From Ignavibacteriota bacterium (GTDB lineage: Bacteria > Bacteroidota > Ignavibacteria > Palsa-1295), in assembly GCA_963787835.1 (NCBI GenBank), contig CAWBEI010000005.1, positions 32,001-96,000 of the forward strand: a stretch of DNA of 64,000 nt, read 5' to 3'. This document shows, one piece after another, positions 59,533 through 64,000 of this stretch (positions are counted from its first letter, which is position 1; every line of letters begins with the position of its first letter). The notes under the pieces were generated by a model. That model did no database searches and had not been told where the DNA came from. It was given only the letters and a program-made list of their open reading frames with translations. The translations under genes and the position numbers were made by a program.

Positions 59533-60237
59533 ATGGCAGAAGAAAAAGAAAAGAAACCGAAAGCGGAAGGTAAGCCTCAGGGAGGCAAACCCAAGGCCGA
59601 AGGCAAGCCGAAGGGCGAGAAGCGAGCAAAAGGCGGGGATGACGGTGCTGAAAAAGCTCCTATTTCTAATCGCCCGGTGCCGCCTGCGCGTTTGCTCGGA
59701 ATTTATCGCGAGCGCGTCGTACCCTCGATGATGAAGCGTTTCAATTACAGCAATGTGAACGAAGTGCCGCGCATTGATAAGATCGCAGTGAATATTGGCG
59801 TCGGCGTTGCCGCAAGCGACCCGAAGCTGCTCGAAGCTGCCGTTCGGGATCTCGAAGCGATCTCCGGTCAGAAGCCGGCGATCACAAAGGCGAAGAAATC
59901 CATCTCGAATTTCAAGCTTCGCGAGAATCAGCCAATCGGCTGCCGCGTAACGTTGCGCCGCGCACGCATGTACGAATTTTTGGATCGCCTGATGACAACG
60001 GCTATCCCACGCATCCGCGATTTTCGCGGCATTCCGGATAAGTCATTCGATGGACGCGGGAATTATACGCTCGGCATTCGCGAGCAGATCATTTTCCCGG
60101 AGATCGATGTCGATAAGGTTTCGCGTATTACGGGCATGGACATCACCTTCGCCACCAGCGCGAAATCGGACGAAGAAGCATTGGAACTTCTCAAAGCATT
60201 TGGCCTGCCGTTCCGCAAACGGGAAACAGCAGCGTAA
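59533..60237 (+). CDS. rplE: 50S ribosomal protein L5 with Lys-rich N-terminal extension
   Basis: [25 protein letters not shown]. Confidence 0.98.
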   Translation: MAEEKEKKPKAEGKPQGGKPKAEGKPKGEKRAKGGDDGAEKAPISNRPVPPARLLGIYRERVVPSMMKRFNYSNVNEVPRIDKIAVNIGVGVAASDPKLLEAAVRDLEAISGQKPAITKAKKSISNFKLRENQPIGCRVTLRRARMYEFLDRLMTTAIPRIRDFRGIPDKSFDGRGNYTLGIREQIIFPEIDVDKVSRITGMDITFATSAKSDEEALELLKAFGLPFRKRETAA

Positions 60238-60328
60238 TTAGTTAAGAATTAAGAATGAAGAGTTAAGAGTAGATCGAAGGACGAGATTTAGTACTTAGCA
60301 CTTTAGCACTCAGCACTTTAGCACTTAC
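60238..60328. repeat. Short tandem 7-8-mer repeats
   Basis: (ttaagaa/ttaagag)n followed by (ttagcac/tttagcac)n. Confidence 0.7.
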
Positions 60329-60330
60329 AA

Positions 60331-60516
60331 ATGGCACGATTAGCCTTACGAGTAAAAGCCAAGCGAACACCGAAGTTCGCGACACGCAAGCACAACCGGT
60401 GCAACCGCTGCGGGCGGTCGCGCTCGTTCTATCGCAAGTTCGGCATTTGCCGAATCTGCTTCCGTGAGCTTGCGCTCGAAGGAAAGATACCGGGCGTTCG
60501 TAAGTCAAGCTGGTAA
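60331..60516 (+). CDS. rpsZ: 30S ribosomal protein S14, zinc-binding type Z
   Basis: 61 aa; RCNRCGR...CRIC; PGVRKSSW. Confidence 0.97.
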   Translation: MARLALRVKAKRTPKFATRKHNRCNRCGRSRSFYRKFGICRICFRELALEGKIPGVRKSSW

Positions 60517-60543
60517 TTTTGGCGTAGATGTAATTTTTTATTG

Positions 60544-60930
60544 ATGGATACAATCGGAGATTTTTTAACACGAGTTCGCAACGCCCTGGGGGCGAGGCAC
60601 AAGTACGTCGATGTACCCGCATCCAAGATGAAACTTGCGATGGGAGAGATCCTGCGCGAGCAAGGATACGTCGAAGCGGTCGAGAAGATCGAGGATACCA
60701 AGCAGGGAATGATCCGCGTCACACTGAAATATACGAACGGCGCACCGGCGATCATGGGCCTGAAGCGCATTTCCACTCCGGGATTACGCAAGTACACCTC
60801 CGCATCGCAGACGCCGCGCGTACTCTCCGGACTCGGTATTGCGATCCTTTCTACGCCGAAAGGACTCATGACCGATAAGCAAGCGCGCCAGGCAAATGTG
60901 GGCGGCGAAGTGCTTTGCTACATTTGGTAA
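60544..60930 (+). CDS. rpsH: 30S ribosomal protein S8
   Basis: D.IGDFLTRVRN, GLGIAILST, GGEVLCYIW. Confidence 0.99.
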   Translation: MDTIGDFLTRVRNALGARHKYVDVPASKMKLAMGEILREQGYVEAVEKIEDTKQGMIRVTLKYTNGAPAIMGLKRISTPGLRKYTSASQTPRVLSGLGIAILSTPKGLMTDKQARQANVGGEVLCYIW

Positions 60931-60940
60931 CTCATATTTA

Positions 60941-61048
60941 GACTGAGATTCATAAGATTTTGAAATGATTTTTGGGATAGGGGATTTAGGGATTAGTTTT
61001 GGGATAGCACATCCCACGAATCCCTTAAAAATCTTATAAATCCCAGTC
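60941..61048. repeat. GATT/AATC inverted-repeat element
   Basis: gactgagattcataagattttt ... aaaaatcttataaatcccagtc (22-bp IR, 2 mismatches). Confidence 0.75.
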
Positions 61049-61058
61049 AAGGAACGAT

Positions 61059-61598
61059 ATGTCGAGAATAGGAAGAAAAGTTATTGCGATTCCGAAGGGC
61101 GTGACGATCACAGCCAAGGATGGTGCGCTCACGGTCAAAGGACCGAAAGGCCAGCTTGCACAGCAGATACCGCCTGAGATCGGTATTAAGATCGAAGGGG
61201 AAGAGCTTTCGTTCACACGTTCGAGCGATGTAGCAAACGTTCGCGCACTTCACGGGCTTTCACGTGCGCTTGCCAATAATATGGTCGTTGGCGTGACCAC
61301 CGGTTATCAGAAAAAGCTGGATCTGGTAGGCGTTGGATTCAAGGCTGAGAAAAAAGGCAAGTGGGTGCAGTTCGCTTTGGGATACTCTCATCCTGTGGCG
61401 TTCGTGCCACCGCCGGAGATCACCATCGATGTTCCAGCGCCGACTCAAGTAACCATTAGCGGTATTGATAAACAGCTTGTCGGAGCAGTAGCCGCGAAGA
61501 TTCGCTCCATTCGTCCGCCGGAACCTTACAAGGGCAAGGGCGTGAAATATTCGGACGAGACCATTCGCCGTAAAGCCGGTAAGACAGCAGGAAAATAA
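61059..61598 (+). CDS. rplF: 50S ribosomal protein L6
   Basis: MSRIGRK, LGYSH, PEPYKGKG. Confidence 0.99.
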   Translation: MSRIGRKVIAIPKGVTITAKDGALTVKGPKGQLAQQIPPEIGIKIEGEELSFTRSSDVANVRALHGLSRALANNMVVGVTTGYQKKLDLVGVGFKAEKKGKWVQFALGYSHPVAFVPPPEITIDVPAPTQVTISGIDKQLVGAVAAKIRSIRPPEPYKGKGVKYSDETIRRKAGKTAGK

Positions 61599-61688
61599 AC
61601 CACGATTTACAAGATTTTAAGGATTAAGAAGGATGGATTTTAAGATTTTTACGATTCTATGTTTCCTAAATCTCAAAAATCCGAGTTA
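61599..61688. repeat. GATT/AATC element, same family as 26647-26679 and 9027-9045
   Basis: accacgatttacaagattttaaggatta matches the reverse complement near 26650-26677; tcctaaatctcaaaaatcc is identical to 9027-9045. Confidence 0.7.
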
Positions 61689-61693
61689 AGATT

Positions 61694-62050
61694 ATGGCAT
61701 CGAAACTGAAATTAAAGGATAGAGAACTTCGGCGCGAACGGCGCAGGCATAAGATTCGCAAGACCGTCGAAGGGACGAGCGCTCGTCCGCGCCTTGTGAT
61801 CTTTCGCAGCAATACCGGCGTCTATGCGCAGCTTGTGGACGATTCGCAGGGATTTACGCTTGCCGCAGCCAGCAGCAAAGGACTGAGCGGTAAAAAGTCC
61901 GAAGTTGCGAAACAGACCGGTGCAGCGCTTGCGGGCATTGCTACCGAAAAGGGAATTAAGTCGGTCGTGTTCGATCGTAATGGATATTTGTATCATGGCC
62001 GTGTGAAGGCGCTTGCAGAAGGCGCGCGCGAAGGCGGCCTGGCATTCTGA
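61694..62050 (+). CDS. rplR: 50S ribosomal protein L18
   Basis: [23 protein letters not shown]. Confidence 0.99.
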   Translation: MASKLKLKDRELRRERRRHKIRKTVEGTSARPRLVIFRSNTGVYAQLVDDSQGFTLAAASSKGLSGKKSEVAKQTGAALAGIATEKGIKSVVFDRNGYLYHGRVKALAEGAREGGLAF

Positions 62051-62067
62051 TTTTATAGAAAACATAC

Positions 62068-62571
62068 GTGGCAAAAATTCGATCAGCCGAACTCAATCTT
62101 AAGGACAAACTTGTCGCCGTCAATCGCGTTGCGAAAGTGGTGAAGGGCGGACGCCGTTTTAGCTTTAATGCGATCGTTGCTGTGGGCGATGGCGGCGGAC
62201 ACGTCGGCATTGGTCTTGGCAAATCCAACGAAGTGGCCGATGCGGTAACCAAAGCGACGGAAGATGCGAAGCGTAACGTGCATTCCGTGCCACTTCGCCG
62301 AGGAACAATTCCTCACGCGATCGAAGGTAAGTTTGGTGCAGGCAGAGTATTTTTGAAGCCGGCATCTCCTGGAACGGGACTCATCGCCGGCGGCGGCGTG
62401 CGTGCCGTGCTGGAACTCGCGGGTGTGCAGGATATTCTGACGAAATCGCAAGGTTCATCGAATCCGCACAATCTCGTAAAGGCAACGATGGCCGCCCTCG
62501 AAAGCCTGAACGATGCTTCGATGGTCTCCGAACGCCGAGGTGTTTCGCTCACAAAAGTTTTTAACGGATAA
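62068..62571 (+). CDS. rpsE: 30S ribosomal protein S5
   Basis: [22 protein letters not shown]; GTG start. Confidence 0.99.
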   Translation: MAKIRSAELNLKDKLVAVNRVAKVVKGGRRFSFNAIVAVGDGGGHVGIGLGKSNEVADAVTKATEDAKRNVHSVPLRRGTIPHAIEGKFGAGRVFLKPASPGTGLIAGGGVRAVLELAGVQDILTKSQGSSNPHNLVKATMAALESLNDASMVSERRGVSLTKVFNG

Positions 62572-62580
62572 AATATATTT

Positions 62581-62642
62581 GTAGCCGTGACCTTCAGGTC
62601 ACGGTGTGCTTTTTGTAACCGTGACCTAAAGGTCACGACTAC
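62581..62642. repeat. REP doublet (GTAGCCGTGA family), copy 3
   Basis: gtagccgtgaccttcaggtcacgg ... ccgtgacctaaaggtcacgactac. Confidence 0.85.
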
Positions 62643-62664
62643 GAAGAGATAAGGGTAGATGGTT

Positions 62665-62856
62665 ATGGCAACAGCAAAGAAGATTCTTGTAAAGCAGACG
62701 CGTTCGGTCAACGACACGCTCCAGGTACACAAGCGCACGATCAAGGCGCTCGGACTCGGTCGCCCGAACTACGTTGCCATCCACAACGATACTCCCGCCA
62801 TTCGCGGCATGATCCGCGCGGTTCAGCATTTGGTGAAGGTCGAAGACGTGAAGTAA
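62665..62856 (+). CDS. rpmD: 50S ribosomal protein L30
   Basis: RS.....RT..ALGL, TPAIRGMI..V.HLV. Alternative ATG at 62659. Confidence 0.96.
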   Translation: MATAKKILVKQTRSVNDTLQVHKRTIKALGLGRPNYVAIHNDTPAIRGMIRAVQHLVKVEDVK

Positions 62857-62939
62857 ATGTGTAGCGCAAACGTTAGTTTGCGTGCGTGCTGCAATGCACG
62901 TCGTATGTCCCAAACGAGCACATTACTTCACGTCTTCGA

Positions 62940-63800
62940 TCATTTCGCCACCACAACCGGCACGCGCAACACCTGCCCGTTCATTCTCACTACACACACA
63001 TACGCGCCGGATGCAGCACCGTTCGCATCCCATGTGAAGGAATGATTACCAGCATCTAACGTCCCATCGTATAGCCTCGCAACCTCGCTGCCCAAAAGAT
63101 TATAGATGCTCACATTCACTGGTGAAGCGTCATCCGTCGAAAAGCTGATCGTTGCCTCATACGAAATGGGATTGGGATAGATGGTTAAAGGTTGTGGTGA
63201 TCCCGGCAATACGGATACACCGTTCGACGGTATGAGCTTGAGGAAAGTGATGTTGTTAACGAGGGACTTCCAAGTAGCAGGGTAAATTGATACACCAAAT
63301 GCCCCTGTGAGCATGATTTGAAGCGAATCCGACGAAGTTAGCATTAACGTATCGGTAAGAAAATATTGTATCCAATTCGTATCAAGTGTCCCAGTCGTGC
63401 TGTCGATAATAGTGCCTAATACTTTAGTCATTATTATAGTATCATTCCGAACGAGCAAAGCAGTTCCGGTGCCTCTTTGAATTGACTTTGCCCAACAGCT
63501 GAGTTGATAGATGCCACTCGATAAATGTGTGAACGTTCGACTAACCTCATCTGCAGAAGCTGAAAACCAAATCGATAGTTTAGCATTTGATCCGGGGGGC
63601 GCACCAGGTAGGAAAAAAAATGCTGTGTCGGTTCCCACAATATCTAATGCCCAATCACCAAGCCATGGCGATCCGCTGCTATCGAAAACGAAGTTGTTGA
63701 TAATGACTGAATCCGTTAACGGTTGCGCAACCGCCGAAGCGGGTTTAAGTAAAATTAACGACGCAAATACAAAAATGACGATAGTGAGAGTGAATTTCAT
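62940..63800 (-). CDS. T9SS-secreted protein (CBM-like beta domain plus CTD)
   Basis: Signal peptide MKFTLTIVIFVF..AVA; CTD IYPNP..IYNLLG.EVA..WDA...SGAY..VVVAK. Confidence 0.78.
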   Translation of the reverse strand: MKFTLTIVIFVFASLILLKPASAVAQPLTDSVIINNFVFDSSGSPWLGDWALDIVGTDTAFFFLPGAPPGSNAKLSIWFSASADEVSRTFTHLSSGIYQLSCWAKSIQRGTGTALLVRNDTIIMTKVLGTIIDSTTGTLDTNWIQYFLTDTLMLTSSDSLQIMLTGAFGVSIYPATWKSLVNNITFLKLIPSNGVSVLPGSPQPLTIYPNPISYEATISFSTDDASPVNVSIYNLLGSEVARLYDGTLDAGNHSFTWDANGAASGAYVCVVRMNGQVLRVPVVVAK

Positions 63801-63934
63801 ACTTGGCTTTTTCATCACCAGCCCCATATTAGGAAGACCAACGAAACTACAAAAGGTAACCGAGTTTGCAAGAAAAGCACTATTTATTTTGAAATATGCC
63901 ATATATTGGCCAGAACAATAGAAAAATAATTAAG

Positions 63935-64000
63935 TCATGCCGCCGCTCGCCGCAATCTATCATTGATAGCCCTTCCCAATCCCGTTTCAGGGAATTCTTC
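63935..64000 (-). CDS. C-terminal end of Sua5/YwlC L-threonylcarbamoyladenylate synthase (partial)
   Basis: Minus strand reads EEFPETGLGRAINDRLRRAAA*, the typical SUA5-domain terminus. Confidence 0.8.
   Translation of the reverse strand, partial: EEFPETGLGRAINDRLRRAAA

Overview
64 kb of a bacterial chromosome from the FCB group. T9SS C-terminal domains, a TAnnTTTG-type promoter and A-rich translation starts without Shine-Dalgarno motifs point to an Ignavibacteria/Kapabacteria-like Bacteroidota relative; this placement is inference. In order, the window holds: the 3' end of a PBP2 gene, a membrane-TPR protein, DUF3078, mscL and an MNT-HEPN pair; lepA-lepB-hemW; an envelope/protein glycosylation block (two DUF2723 genes, GT2, YfhO, GT9) convergent with five secreted or T9SS proteins; gyrA, a DUF4258-DUF2283 pair and tRNA-fMet with a GIY-YIG gene ending inside a decayed tRNA copy; an ECF sigma factor, lacD, rpe and thioredoxin-fold proteins; a lipoprotein plus FadL-like porin followed by two stacked TA cassettes; tandem lipoprotein paralogues; and tuf with the S10-spc ribosomal cluster, which is interrupted by many repeat elements and ends after rpmD. 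The most notable observations are (1) the tRNA/GIY-YIG/pseudo-tRNA mini-element, (2) two TA cassettes sharing both boundary sequences, (3) a candidate protein O-glycosylation locus beside substrates very rich in sequons, (4) an inverted copy of the rpmD 3' end at the operon break, and (5) two toxin genes that look silently disabled. All family calls come from motif recognition, not database searches.
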